A DNA stretch of 64,000 bases, taken from positions 32,001 to 96,000 of the forward strand of contig CBDESZ010000003.1 of the NCBI GenBank assembly GCA_965242725.1, given 5' to 3'. Position numbers and translations under genes: made by a program. Source of the stretch: Alkalispirochaeta sp. GTDB lineage: Bacteria > Spirochaetota > Spirochaetia > DSM-27196 > Alkalispirochaetaceae. Positions 19,316-28,839 of the stretch are shown here, piece after piece (the stretch's first letter is position 1; each line of letters begins with the position of its first letter). Below the pieces are notes generated by a model. It was given only the letters and a program-made list of their open reading frames with translations, ran no database searches and was not told the DNA's origin.

Positions 19316-20510
19316 ACTTTCAAAGATTACTCTTTCAATGATCTTAATTGCTAGTGTTCTGGATAGTGCGCTGAATATTCAGATTGGAGGATATAATGTA
19401 AGAGGATACCAGATCGTCTTACTTTCGGTTTTTCCTTTGGTTGTTGCAACGAAGATATTGACCGACGGTCTGTTTGTGCATGTTAACAGGAATGCTTTGC
19501 CATTGTTATTGTGGTTTGTACTTCTTTTCTTTGGGGTTCTGTGGACACCCGAACCGGACCGCGCCGGACTTCTCACATTAGTATTCTCAATTGTGATGAC
19601 TTGGACAGTTATGTTTCAGTTTGGTAAATCGCTGTCGACAATCTCTTTCCTAAAAATAGGAACAATGGGGTTTGGGTTGTTATTGTTGACGGGGTTAGTA
19701 CAATGGATAGGCTATTGGGTCTTCGAGTTCGATTTTAATCCTACATACGAGATCAAGCAGTCTACTATCGGCAACATGAGAGGGTTTTACTATGAGTCAA
19801 ACTGGTTTAGTCTTGCTGCACTAACAACAGGTTTTCTTTTTTTGGGTTATATAAGATCTAATTATTCAAGTAGTTTTAAAATTATTATTTCAGAAATTAT
19901 CGTCTTTGGTATTCTCGTCATCGCCGAAGCGAGAGGTGTGATGGGCGCTTACCTCATTTTTCGGATAGTAGACGTTTTCCGGCGTCACGGTTTCACCGCC
20001 AGCCTACTAGTGAGTCTATTAATTATTTCGGCCTACACTGGCATGAGTGGTATTCGTGCGTTGACACTGCCAACGTCATTCGAAGACCCAAGCGGTGTAA
20101 GTAGATTTGTAGCTTTAGAGTCTTCTTTGAGTTTTCAACTTCAGCGACCATTTTCGATATCGACTTGGTTTGGTCATGGTATTGGTTCGTGGAGGCAGTA
20201 CTATAAAATTTTAGACATAAATGCTTGGCGCGATATCTCTGATTTGCGTTTAGGGTATACAGGTTCAAGCTTTTTGGCTTCGACTCTCGTCGAGCAGGGA
20301 ATAATAGGGATCCTCTTATGGGTTGCGAGTCTATTCTACGCTGCGCGAGTTTCGGATTCCGTACCTAAGATCTGGATAACCTATAGTATAGCATCATTTT
20401 TTGTTGCCTCTGTGTTTTATCCATCATTCAATCAACTACAATATTTTGTATTTTTACCCGCTGGATTTGGGGTCCTTTTTGCTGGTAAGAATGAGAAAAC
20501 CGAGACATAG
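19305..20510 (+). CDS. wzy: Wzy-type polymerase / O-antigen-ligase-like membrane protein
   Basis: About 10 hydrophobic segments, R.F..E.N, S...R, FGHGIG, L.E.GI.G. Adjacent to a flippase. Start (TTG 19305) inferred. Confidence 0.65.
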   Translation: METKLSKITLSMILIASVLDSALNIQIGGYNVRGYQIVLLSVFPLVVATKILTDGLFVHVNRNALPLLLWFVLLFFGVLWTPEPDRAGLLTLVFSIVMTWTVMFQFGKSLSTISFLKIGTMGFGLLLLTGLVQWIGYWVFEFDFNPTYEIKQSTIGNMRGFYYESNWFSLAALTTGFLFLGYIRSNYSSSFKIIISEIIVFGILVIAEARGVMGAYLIFRIVDVFRRHGFTASLLVSLLIISAYTGMSGIRALTLPTSFEDPSGVSRFVALESSLSFQLQRPFSISTWFGHGIGSWRQYYKILDINAWRDISDLRLGYTGSSFLASTLVEQGIIGILLWVASLFYAARVSDSVPKIWITYSIASFFVASVFYPSFNQLQYFVFLPAGFGVLFAGKNEKTET

Positions 20511-20561
20511 ATCCAATACAATTAGGCATCAAACTCAGTGAGTTGATACCGGGAGTTACGC

Positions 20562-21800
20562 TTGAAACTATCGTATCCTGATACGAACAAAGAATCTCTT
20601 TGGAACAATAAGTTTGTTTTTGTGTTTGTAACCTATATGGAAAAGGGCTTAGGATTCATCTTGCCGGTTTCGGTGCTCTACTTTTCTAGATCACAAGAAC
20701 TATACAATACAATCGAATATTGGTTTGCCGCATCACTAATTGTTTCTAGCTTTTCCGATTTTGGAATGAGAACACTGTTTCTTTATGCCTCTCGAGGTTC
20801 GGAATACTCTTTGCCGTCGATTGTTTTGATTCAGCGAGTCTTCGTTACCCTGACTATACTTTGTATTCCTTTTTTAATGATAGGAGGGCTTGTCATCGGG
20901 CGACGAGGTTTAGATTCAGCATTGTTATTTACAGGTCGTACGTCTTTCTTAGCAGTCTACGCCTTTTTTACTGTAGTTTGGAGATTTAGGAATAGACCGG
21001 TTCTTCCAGCAGTTTTCGGCGCGGTATTTATGTCAGTTTCAATCTCGGTGGTAGGAGTTTTTTCGGCAGCAGCTTTCGTAGACATGATTCCGACGGCTTT
21101 GGGAGTATTGTTTTTGTTGTTTTTTTTTATTGCCATCCTCGGTGAAGGACGGCCAGTAATATGTAATGCCATGAGTGAATTACGCTTCGTGACGGTGAAA
21201 GCACTCTCAGTTGGTTGGCCGATTCTTATAAATAGCCTGCTATCAGTCACAATTCGCAATTTTGGTAGAGTCTATGCATTCAATCAACTTAGTTCAGAAG
21301 ATATGTTCACGATATCGATCTTGCAGCGAATAACGTTAGTTGTCCAGGTGGCTCACGTGGCACTCGCTGGATATGTCATGAAGACCATCTTCACTTCTAA
21401 CTCAGCACGGATTCATCTGATGATATTTCTTAAATACATATTTGGGATTGGGGCAGTAACTACCTTATCGTGGATTAGTTTTTATATCGCTGGCGTATTT
21501 TATCCGAAGCTACCGGCTGCAGGTTCGATTGAAACTATACTATTGTTCGCGTACGTCGTTATTTGGGTTGTTGGTGCCTACTTCGAACAATATTATATTC
21601 GTTCCGGGCGAACAAAAACGTTATTGATTAACGCGATCGGTTCTACCGTAGCGTTCCTTGGCATGATTGGTGTATTCGCAGTTCGACAAAATATGCAAGT
21701 CAAGACAATTGCAGTATCCATGATAGTGTCAGCCGCAGTCTTTCTCTTTTTAAACGTTCTTAAAGGGCAAATAAGTGGCCAGTTGGTTCATAATATTTAG
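20562..21800 (+). CDS. wzx: Wzx-type oligosaccharide flippase
   Basis: About 12 TM segments, DFG in the N-terminal half, PI..N..L mid-motif, glycan-locus context. Confidence 0.7.
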   Translation: MKLSYPDTNKESLWNNKFVFVFVTYMEKGLGFILPVSVLYFSRSQELYNTIEYWFAASLIVSSFSDFGMRTLFLYASRGSEYSLPSIVLIQRVFVTLTILCIPFLMIGGLVIGRRGLDSALLFTGRTSFLAVYAFFTVVWRFRNRPVLPAVFGAVFMSVSISVVGVFSAAAFVDMIPTALGVLFLLFFFIAILGEGRPVICNAMSELRFVTVKALSVGWPILINSLLSVTIRNFGRVYAFNQLSSEDMFTISILQRITLVVQVAHVALAGYVMKTIFTSNSARIHLMIFLKYIFGIGAVTTLSWISFYIAGVFYPKLPAAGSIETILLFAYVVIWVVGAYFEQYYIRSGRTKTLLINAIGSTVAFLGMIGVFAVRQNMQVKTIAVSMIVSAAVFLFLNVLKGQISGQLVHNI

Positions 21801-22542
21801 AGCTTTGTTGTCTTCTGTTGCTCCTTTTTCTTTGGTCAGGGTAATGCTTTACCGGATCCTATTGGGCTATTCGATCGACCGGAGTTCAAAAATCGGATGG
21901 CTTACGATTATTCTTGTTAAAAGGGCAAAAATCAGAAGATCTCGATTGGGTAGGTTCAACATTATTAAGGTTGATCGTATGATTCTAGACAATTGTGAAA
22001 TTCGTACGAGAAATCGTATCTTGAATATACGTTTTTTGCGAGTCGGAAAACAGGCAGTTATTGTACGAAATAATCAGATACTAGGGACGCGTACCGGGAG
22101 CAACTTGGGCTGTTATTCTGTATTCCGACTCGGAAACAACTCTGAAATTACAACCGGACATTTCTTCGATTGCACAGATTCGATATTTATCGGTAATAAT
22201 GTTACTTTTGGAGGAATCGGGTCTGAGTTTTGGACCCATGGTTTTAACCTTTCGCGGACTCGTAAGCAAGGTGCTATAAAAATCGGAAGTTTTTGCTATT
22301 TTGGCAGTCGATGTATTGTTATTGACTCAGTACATATCGGTGATCATTGTGTCATTTCGGCAGGCACAGTCGTGATGAACTCCATCCCCGGTCGTTCAAT
22401 TTCACGTGGTAACCCAGCACGTATTGCTCGGATGCTAACAAACTCCCAAGATAAAGATGAATTACAGGAACAAAGCAGAATACCTAATCGTTTTTTACGA
22501 CGAAATAAATATAGGGCTTTCCTAATTATGAATGATGAATAA
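21775..22542 (+). CDS. Hexapeptide-repeat O-acyltransferase
   Basis: Left-handed beta-helix repeats, FWTHG, IG..C..G, GNPAR. Confidence 0.8.
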   Translation: MASWFIIFRALLSSVAPFSLVRVMLYRILLGYSIDRSSKIGWLTIILVKRAKIRRSRLGRFNIIKVDRMILDNCEIRTRNRILNIRFLRVGKQAVIVRNNQILGTRTGSNLGCYSVFRLGNNSEITTGHFFDCTDSIFIGNNVTFGGIGSEFWTHGFNLSRTRKQGAIKIGSFCYFGSRCIVIDSVHIGDHCVISAGTVVMNSIPGRSISRGNPARIARMLTNSQDKDELQEQSRIPNRFLRRNKYRAFLIMNDE

Positions 22543-22574
22543 ATATACCTTAATATATAAATAGGAATATAATT

Positions 22575-23990
22575 TTGAATATTGCGTTTGTTGCAAATTT
22601 TGAAAAAACGAATTTATTTGAAAGTATAATTAAATACTTCGATGATACGACACATGTCTTTTGGTTTGTGCCAAATCCGGAACAAAGCAAGAGACTTCGT
22701 GAGTCATATGGCAACGAAAAAGTAATACCAATCGACCGTTCTACTGTGCTAAGTAAAACGAAAACGAAAAGGCTGTCAGGAATTGAACGCTTCGAGATCC
22801 CAATCGTCGAGTTTGTGATGACCGACAGAGTACAACGGAAAAAACCTTGGAAAAGTTTTGTCTATTTGGCTATGCTCCATAATCAGATTATAAACAGCAT
22901 TATTGCTCTAGATATCCAGTTGGTCTTTGGGGAACTGACTTGGGCTTATGAGTTGACAATCCGCGAGGCATGTAGGAACGTCACGAGTCTGGAAAGTGGT
23001 AGACGTGTCCGATACTTAAATCCTCATACGACGAGAATACCGCGAAACCGATTCGCTTTCTTTACCGACGGGCGTCAATCTATAATGACTGCACCGGTTA
23101 ATCACCAAGTAAGTATACGTCTAGAAGAGCAAAAGCCCGACTATTTAGAACTAAATGATAGACGGATTAAAAATCGTAACAGCCCAAGTGGTTTAATACG
23201 GTCTTTGAGGACAGTTATACGCAGAAGGTCTTATAAAGACGACCCGGCAGTCGAAAGAACCTTGTATATATATATTTTGGCTAGGCTGAAAGAAATAAAA
23301 AATAGTTTTTATTATAAGATTTTTGTAAATACAAAAAGATTTTACCAGATTCCAAACGGCAAATATGTTGTTTATCCGTTGCACCTACAACCGGAAGCAT
23401 CTATCGATGTGTTCGGTCGATACGCCGAAGATCAAATAAAGAACGTGTTTGACCTTGTGCGTAGTGTTCCTTACGGTACGAAAGTGTTAGTCAAGGAACA
23501 TTCGAATGCTATTGGACAGCGACCGATCAGATTCTACCGCGAACTTAAGGCTATCCCCAATGTTATTGTGATAGATCATCGTGTGTCCATGGCACGATTG
23601 ATAACCATAGCCGAGCGGATCATATCGGTTACTGGTACAGCCGCGATGGAAGCAAGCTTAAGAAATAACAGCGGTGCTACTCTCGTTCCCACATATTTCA
23701 GCCACCCTCAGTTCTGTCCGGTTCTTGAATGTATGAGAACCTCACTTCTCGAGAAAAAATGCAATGCGACAACAAGGCTTGTCAAGCATAACCAAAATAA
23801 GGAATATAAAGCATACCTCACAGATTTGCTCCAGAAATTTAGTTTTATCGGAAAGGTTTCAGACGGAATCACTGATCCATCGGTGATGAGAGAAGAGAAC
23901 CTTGAACGCGTAGGCGCGGCCTTTAACGAAATAATTACTAGCGAAAGTAGTAACTCCAATGTTGACAGTAATAAAACAATATTTAATTGA
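22575..23990 (+). CDS. KpsS/Capsule_synth-like transferase (candidate nonulosonate transferase)
   Basis: YPLHLQPEASID, VKEH, SVTGTAAMEA motifs. Confidence 0.65.
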   Translation: MNIAFVANFEKTNLFESIIKYFDDTTHVFWFVPNPEQSKRLRESYGNEKVIPIDRSTVLSKTKTKRLSGIERFEIPIVEFVMTDRVQRKKPWKSFVYLAMLHNQIINSIIALDIQLVFGELTWAYELTIREACRNVTSLESGRRVRYLNPHTTRIPRNRFAFFTDGRQSIMTAPVNHQVSIRLEEQKPDYLELNDRRIKNRNSPSGLIRSLRTVIRRRSYKDDPAVERTLYIYILARLKEIKNSFYYKIFVNTKRFYQIPNGKYVVYPLHLQPEASIDVFGRYAEDQIKNVFDLVRSVPYGTKVLVKEHSNAIGQRPIRFYRELKAIPNVIVIDHRVSMARLITIAERIISVTGTAAMEASLRNNSGATLVPTYFSHPQFCPVLECMRTSLLEKKCNATTRLVKHNQNKEYKAYLTDLLQKFSFIGKVSDGITDPSVMREENLERVGAAFNEIITSESSNSNVDSNKTIFN

Positions 23991-24723
23991 CGGTTATCTA
24001 ATATATGGATTTCAGTCACTCCGGGATGCTAGTAATTATGTGTCTCAATCACCTGGTGTTGTGGTAAGCGTGAACGGCGAAACACTATTTTCGGACAATG
24101 ATGAATTACGCAGAATTACCAGGGATGGTATTGGCCACTTCGACGGAAATGGGGCCGTGCTTGCGATAAAGCTTAGGCGCCCGAACGTAAAACTCCGCCG
24201 AATTCCTGGTGTAGAGCTGTGGCAAGACTATTTACGTTGTTTTGGAAGACGAGTATTCGTAATAGGCGGGCGCGAAATGGTTAATTTTGCGGTAGCTTCG
24301 CGTATTGAAACGGAGTTTCCGAATATAGAAGTCATTGGTAGACGTAATGGTTATTTAGATTTATCAGCGGATTTTAATCGTATTATCAATGAGATGAAAA
24401 AAGGAAATGTAGACACTGTCTTATTGGGTATGGGACAGCCTCGACAGGAGTTATTAGCAGAGCAGCTATTTAAGGCCCATCGGGCGACATACTTTTGTAT
24501 CGGTGGCGCGCTAGATGTTTTCGCAGGTGTCGTTTCCCGTGCCCCATTATGGGTGAGACGATTAGGAGCTGAGTGGGCATATCGTTTATTGAAGGATTTC
24601 TCTCGCCGAAGTCGGATATTCAATCTATTTTTCTGGACTCTTCGTCTTATTACCGGTAGGTATTCTCTTCGTATTATTGGGGGCAAAGCCATGTATGATA
24701 CTTTCCAAAAAAAAGAGGTTTAG
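23959..24723 (+). CDS. WecB/TagA/CpsF (WecG-like) glycosyltransferase
   Basis: DG.G, RIPGVELW, GY, GMGQPRQE, IGGALDV..G...RAP, EW.YRL. Confidence 0.9.
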   Translation: MLTVIKQYLIDGYLIYGFQSLRDASNYVSQSPGVVVSVNGETLFSDNDELRRITRDGIGHFDGNGAVLAIKLRRPNVKLRRIPGVELWQDYLRCFGRRVFVIGGREMVNFAVASRIETEFPNIEVIGRRNGYLDLSADFNRIINEMKKGNVDTVLLGMGQPRQELLAEQLFKAHRATYFCIGGALDVFAGVVSRAPLWVRRLGAEWAYRLLKDFSRRSRIFNLFFWTLRLITGRYSLRIIGGKAMYDTFQKKEV

Positions 24724-24890
24724 AAAATATTTCCAGCTGATATACAAAGCGCTTTCCGTCCGGTGAGTTTTGATCTTACAAGGAGGTCGATATCACCGCC
24801 GCGACGGCTGTCGTCGGTCCGGGATCCGATTAGTCGTCCCGTTGCACTGTCACCGAAATGCTTTAATATCGCGGCTTTGATAACCGTCCG
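24720..24890 (-). pseudogene. Fragment of a minimal nucleotidyltransferase (MNT) antitoxin gene
   Basis: IK..I.KHFG....LIGSRTDDSRRGGDIDLLV. Both ends are non-homologous and no HEPN partner is present. Confidence 0.6.
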
Positions 24891-25050
24891 GCGGGCTTGC
24901 GCCGCCACTTGGACCACGGCGCCGGCCGCGAGCGCCGGTTCAGGATTCATCTAAAAATCTTCGACATGCATTGACTCCCGCGTAAGCGTCCGCTAAACCC
25001 CACCCCGTGCAGTAACGGCGCGATGATTCATTTTGCCGGATAGCGTTCGG

Positions 25051-26568
25051 TCAGGACGAGGTCAACTCGATGAGCTGCGGGAGAAGAGCCCGGTATTCTG
25101 CCGGCGTCGAGGCCATGGGAAGGCGCTCAATCACATTGAGCATGTACCGGTGTGGTTCGATACCGTTGGCTTTCGCGGTCTCGATGAGGCTGTAGAGTGT
25201 CGCGGCGGCGGTAGCGCCTCGCGGACTTCCGGAGAACATCCAGGCATTGCGACCTACCACGAACGGTCGGATCTTGTTCTCGATGCGATTGGTATCGGGA
25301 GTAAGATGCGGGCTATCGAGATACCGAACCAGTTTCTCCCACTGATCAAGTGTGTAGTTCACCGCTTTCCCGATAGCGGTTTGTGGCGGTACCCGCTGCG
25401 CCTTGGTATCCAGCCAGGTCTTGAGCTCATCAAAAATTGGTTGCGCCTGCTCACGCCGTGTATCGGTGAAGACGTGATCCCGCGGTACCTCTGCGAGCTC
25501 CTTCTCGATGCGGTAGAGCCGGGCGATCATCGCCAGCGCCTGATCGGCGGCTCCCGCTTTCTTGCCGGACCCTTTGGCATCAACAAACTTTCGTCGCGCA
25601 TGGGCCCAGCACCCGACGTGGATGAGATCGTCGCGGTCACGGGTAAGACGATCGTAGGCTTCATAGCCGTTGGTCTGTATGATCCCGGAGTATGAGTCAA
25701 CGATCGCGTGCGCCTCTGCGGTTGATCGACTCGGGGCATAGCGATACACCACTGAAGGGTTCTCCGGCGTGCCGTCGTAGGCGCACCACATGTAACTGAG
25801 CGCGGTGTTCGGTCTGTTTTCTTCCCCGAGAACCTGTACCGTTGTTTCATCAACGAGAAGAATCGGTCCGGCACGCAACTCGATATACAGTTGCTCCATG
25901 ACCGGAGCGAGTGCCTCACCGACCGCCAGAATCCAGTCGGCCATGCGCTGCCGTGGCAATTCAACGCCGATGCGGGCGAATCCGGTCTCCTGTCGCTTCA
26001 GCGGTAAGCCGTCGACGTACTTGGCGGTGATGATGAACGCCAGAAGGGATGGAGTAGCAATCCCGCGAGGGATGATCGCCGGTGGCATCGGCGCGATGCG
26101 AACCGCCGGTTTGTCTTCATCGCCGGAGCCTTCGCAGTGGTGACAGGCATACTTGGGGCGGATAAAGCGGGGCACGATAAATCGCGCCGGAATGACCGTC
26201 AGTTTTTCGCTGACCTCTTCGCCGATCCGCACTAGCTCATGGCCGCAGCCGCAGTGCTTGTCCTCTTCAGGAATATCGAGAAGCACCTCTTCCCGCGCAA
26301 GGTTCTCCGGAAGCTGTTTCCGTCCCTGCTTCGTTGTCCGGGTGTATGCGGCGACGTTTGTGGTCCGTACCGCTACGTCCGTTTCCGGCGTGTCGGTTTC
26401 CTCGCCAAGATCATCAAAGAGCTGTGGTTGATCGTCGTAGTGCTGCTTTTCACTGGAGCGTCCAAAGAGTCTTCGACGCAGCGCCTCGTACTGATCCGAA
26501 AGCGCTTCGTACGCTGCGGTCATCTCTGCGAGTTGTCGCTCAAGTTCGACGATCCGGTCGTCACTCAC
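25051..26568 (-). CDS. tnpC: IS66 transposase TnpC
   Basis: FGRSSEK, C.CG zinc region, YAC..C, DET, CWAHARRKF, TN..E..IRP....R. QTNGY stands in place of the usual QxDGY. Start is GTG. Confidence 0.92.
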   Translation of the reverse strand: MSDDRIVELERQLAEMTAAYEALSDQYEALRRRLFGRSSEKQHYDDQPQLFDDLGEETDTPETDVAVRTTNVAAYTRTTKQGRKQLPENLAREEVLLDIPEEDKHCGCGHELVRIGEEVSEKLTVIPARFIVPRFIRPKYACHHCEGSGDEDKPAVRIAPMPPAIIPRGIATPSLLAFIITAKYVDGLPLKRQETGFARIGVELPRQRMADWILAVGEALAPVMEQLYIELRAGPILLVDETTVQVLGEENRPNTALSYMWCAYDGTPENPSVVYRYAPSRSTAEAHAIVDSYSGIIQTNGYEAYDRLTRDRDDLIHVGCWAHARRKFVDAKGSGKKAGAADQALAMIARLYRIEKELAEVPRDHVFTDTRREQAQPIFDELKTWLDTKAQRVPPQTAIGKAVNYTLDQWEKLVRYLDSPHLTPDTNRIENKIRPFVVGRNAWMFSGSPRGATAAATLYSLIETAKANGIEPHRYMLNVIERLPMASTPAEYRALLPQLIELTSS

Positions 26569-26645
26569 CCCTCAAGCATGCCGGAAACGGCGCGTTTTGT
26601 CTAGTATAAATGGGGAAACTACGACACCGAACGGTAATTCAACCG

Positions 26646-26972
26646 CTAATGAGCGTGCCAGAAGTCGATGCCGGACAAGAGCATTTTCAACTGCTCGCCG
26701 GTAATCTCCCGCACCTGCTCCGCCGTGTGCGGCCAGGGAAACCGATGCTTCTCTATGCGTTTCTCAACGAGGCAAAACCCCGTGATATCCCAGAAAAGTG
26801 CCTTGAGAATACGTCGCTGGCGGTTGCAAATCAGGAACACAACCCCGTCTTCAAGCTGATTCAGTTCCAGCTCCTGCTCGACGACAACCGCTAGGCCGTT
26901 GATTCGTTTTCGCATGTCCGTTACGCCGGGACGGACTAGAATACGAACCCGTTCAGAACGCGGGCCGAACAT
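26646..26972 (-). CDS. tnpB: IS66 accessory protein TnpB
   Basis: TDMRK.INGL, F..CNR.R..LK.L.WD..GF.L..KR.E..RF.WP. Confidence 0.9.
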   Translation of the reverse strand: MFGPRSERVRILVRPGVTDMRKRINGLAVVVEQELELNQLEDGVVFLICNRQRRILKALFWDITGFCLVEKRIEKHRFPWPHTAEQVREITGEQLKMLLSGIDFWHAH

Positions 26973-27275
26973 CACCGGCCGTCCAGCACGGCGAGAACAC
27001 TCCGCAGCTGATCCGGATCGACCTCACCGCAAACCGTTATGGTGTATCCTCCAATGTCAATATGAAGTTCCGATGACCGTTTGGATTCGATCCCTGCCGT
27101 CCGGTCAACCAGAAATCTCGACGAACGGATTATCCGTCTGTTCTTTTACGCGTCGTCGCCACCACTGGAACGTCCCGCGAGAGAGATCGTTCTCTTCACA
27201 ATACTGGCGTTGCGACAACTCGCTCCGTTTCCAATCGTCAATTCGGGCCACCCACAGCTTCTGTTTTTCTGTCAT
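26972..27275 (-). pseudogene. tnpA: IS66 TnpA, frameshifted
   Basis: W...I..W..S.LSQ..YC....LS...F.WWRR..FVEI stops at 27105. A shifted frame continues SELHIDIGGYTITV...LRSVLAVL to a TGA overlapping the tnpB start. Confidence 0.75.
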
Positions 27276-27381
27276 AGCCAGATTTTCCGCGAGCCGATTC
27301 ACTATCGGTAGGTTCACCGGACGCTTACACTCCCGCCACCGTCTCTACCCCACCTTCCCTCCGATCTGATACACTCCCTCC

Positions 27382-28839
27382 GTGTTCCTCGTCCTCATTC
27401 TGAAGAACATCTATCGCAGCCTTCCGCGTCTGTTGCCGATGATCGCCATTATCGTCGCCGTCTTTGCGGCGCTGGTGGTGGGCAACGCCGTCCTCGCCGC
27501 CTCCACGGACGCCCTCTACCGCACCTACGGCCGCCTCGTCGCCGGCGACCTCGGCATACAGGCGGCCTCGGAGGGCAACTTCACCGTCTTTGGTTCCGAC
27601 CAGCTCCTGGTCGGCGACTTTCTCATCCCTCCCACCATTTCTGAATATTCTGAACTTCGTTCCGCGGTGCAGGATATCCCTGCTGTGCATGCCCAGGCCG
27701 GCCTCGTGACGGCGGTCGCCCGGGTCCAGATCGATAACCGTACCCTCAACCGCACCCTCTTCGGCGTCAATTTTGACGAGTACCGTCGCCTCTTCCCCGA
27801 CCTGGAACTGATAGCCGGGGACTTTCCCGCGCCCGGTGAGCCGGGGATGGTCGTTCAGGACGGCTGGGGCGCCGGAACAGGAAGCAGCGACGGCATGCTG
27901 GGGGAGCCCGCGCTCCTCGCATCTGCCCGGGACAACTCCTTTAGTCTCCGGGAGGTACCCGTCACCGGCGTCTTCCGCTATCCCGTGGAGGATGAACTCC
28001 TGGACACGGTGGTTCTTGTGGACGCCGACACCGCCCGGGCGATGAACGGCTATCTCTACGGAGCCGTGGAGTCGGTGGAGCTTTCCGACGATGAGCGGAA
28101 CGCCCTGGAGGACGACGTGGACGCGCTCTTTGGTTCTCCCCCGGCGGGGAGCGGAGGGGCGGAGGAAGCCGGGACCGTGGACATCGGTGCACTGTTCGGC
28201 GGCGGGGAGCCGGACAGCGACGCCGGCGCGGCGAACAGTGCGGGTACCGTCGACACCGGTGCGTGGAACTTTCTCCTGCTGTCCCTCCGCGATTCCGAGC
28301 GGCGCGGGGAGGTGGAGGATCGCCTCGAAGAGGCGGGCTTCACCGTGGACGGCGGCTACCGTATCCGGGAGTGGTGGCATACCGTCGGTGGGAACGCCCT
28401 CATTCTGCGCTACCTGCAGCTCATCTTTAACGCCGGGGTCGTCTTTGTAGCCGTCGGCGCCGGTGCCATCGCCGCCAACGCCCTGGTCCTCTCCGTCCTG
28501 GAACGGACGAGCGAGATCGGCACCTTCCGTGCCCTGGGAGCCACGCGGCTGCGTATCGCTGCAATGATCACCACCGAGACCTTTATCATCGTCACCGGCG
28601 CCGCCGCAATCGGCCTTTTCCTCGGGGTGAGCGGTGTCAATTTCCTCAACGACGCCGGCTTCACCGTCTCAAATCAGTACATCCGGATTCTCTTCGGTGG
28701 CGGCGCGGTCCGTGGCCTGGTGGACGGCGAGCTCATCAGAAATCACGTAATCGCAGCCATGGTCCTTACCGCATTTGCCCTCTTTTATCCACTCAAGCGC
28801 GCCCTCTGGATCAATCCCCGGGAGGCGATCGAGTCATGA
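27382..28839 (+). CDS. ABC exporter permease, LolC/E-FtsX/MacB type
   Basis: N-terminal TM, large periplasmic domain, ERT.EIGT.RALGA, three C-terminal TMs, P.EAI. Confidence 0.88.
   Translation: MFLVLILKNIYRSLPRLLPMIAIIVAVFAALVVGNAVLAASTDALYRTYGRLVAGDLGIQAASEGNFTVFGSDQLLVGDFLIPPTISEYSELRSAVQDIPAVHAQAGLVTAVARVQIDNRTLNRTLFGVNFDEYRRLFPDLELIAGDFPAPGEPGMVVQDGWGAGTGSSDGMLGEPALLASARDNSFSLREVPVTGVFRYPVEDELLDTVVLVDADTARAMNGYLYGAVESVELSDDERNALEDDVDALFGSPPAGSGGAEEAGTVDIGALFGGGEPDSDAGAANSAGTVDTGAWNFLLLSLRDSERRGEVEDRLEEAGFTVDGGYRIREWWHTVGGNALILRYLQLIFNAGVVFVAVGAGAIAANALVLSVLERTSEIGTFRALGATRLRIAAMITTETFIIVTGAAAIGLFLGVSGVNFLNDAGFTVSNQYIRILFGGGAVRGLVDGELIRNHVIAAMVLTAFALFYPLKRALWINPREAIES

Larger units (their letters stand above)
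24982..27328 (-). mobile_element. IS66-family insertion sequence, full length, probably inactive
   Basis: Terminal IRs GTAAGCGTCCGCTAAACC and (revcomp) GTAAGCGTCCGGTGAACC. 8-bp TSD ACTCCCGC at 24974-24981 and 27329-27336. Contains tnpA-tnpB-tnpC. Confidence 0.95.

Noticed and set aside
21120..21128. Poly-T tract in wzx as a phase-variation switch
   Set aside because: In frame, encodes Phe residues of a TM helix in an AT-rich gene, and is expected by chance.
24971..24981. TTGACT as a -35 box split from its -10 by the IS66 insertion
   Set aside because: Reconstructing the empty site gives no credible -10 at 16-18 bp spacing.
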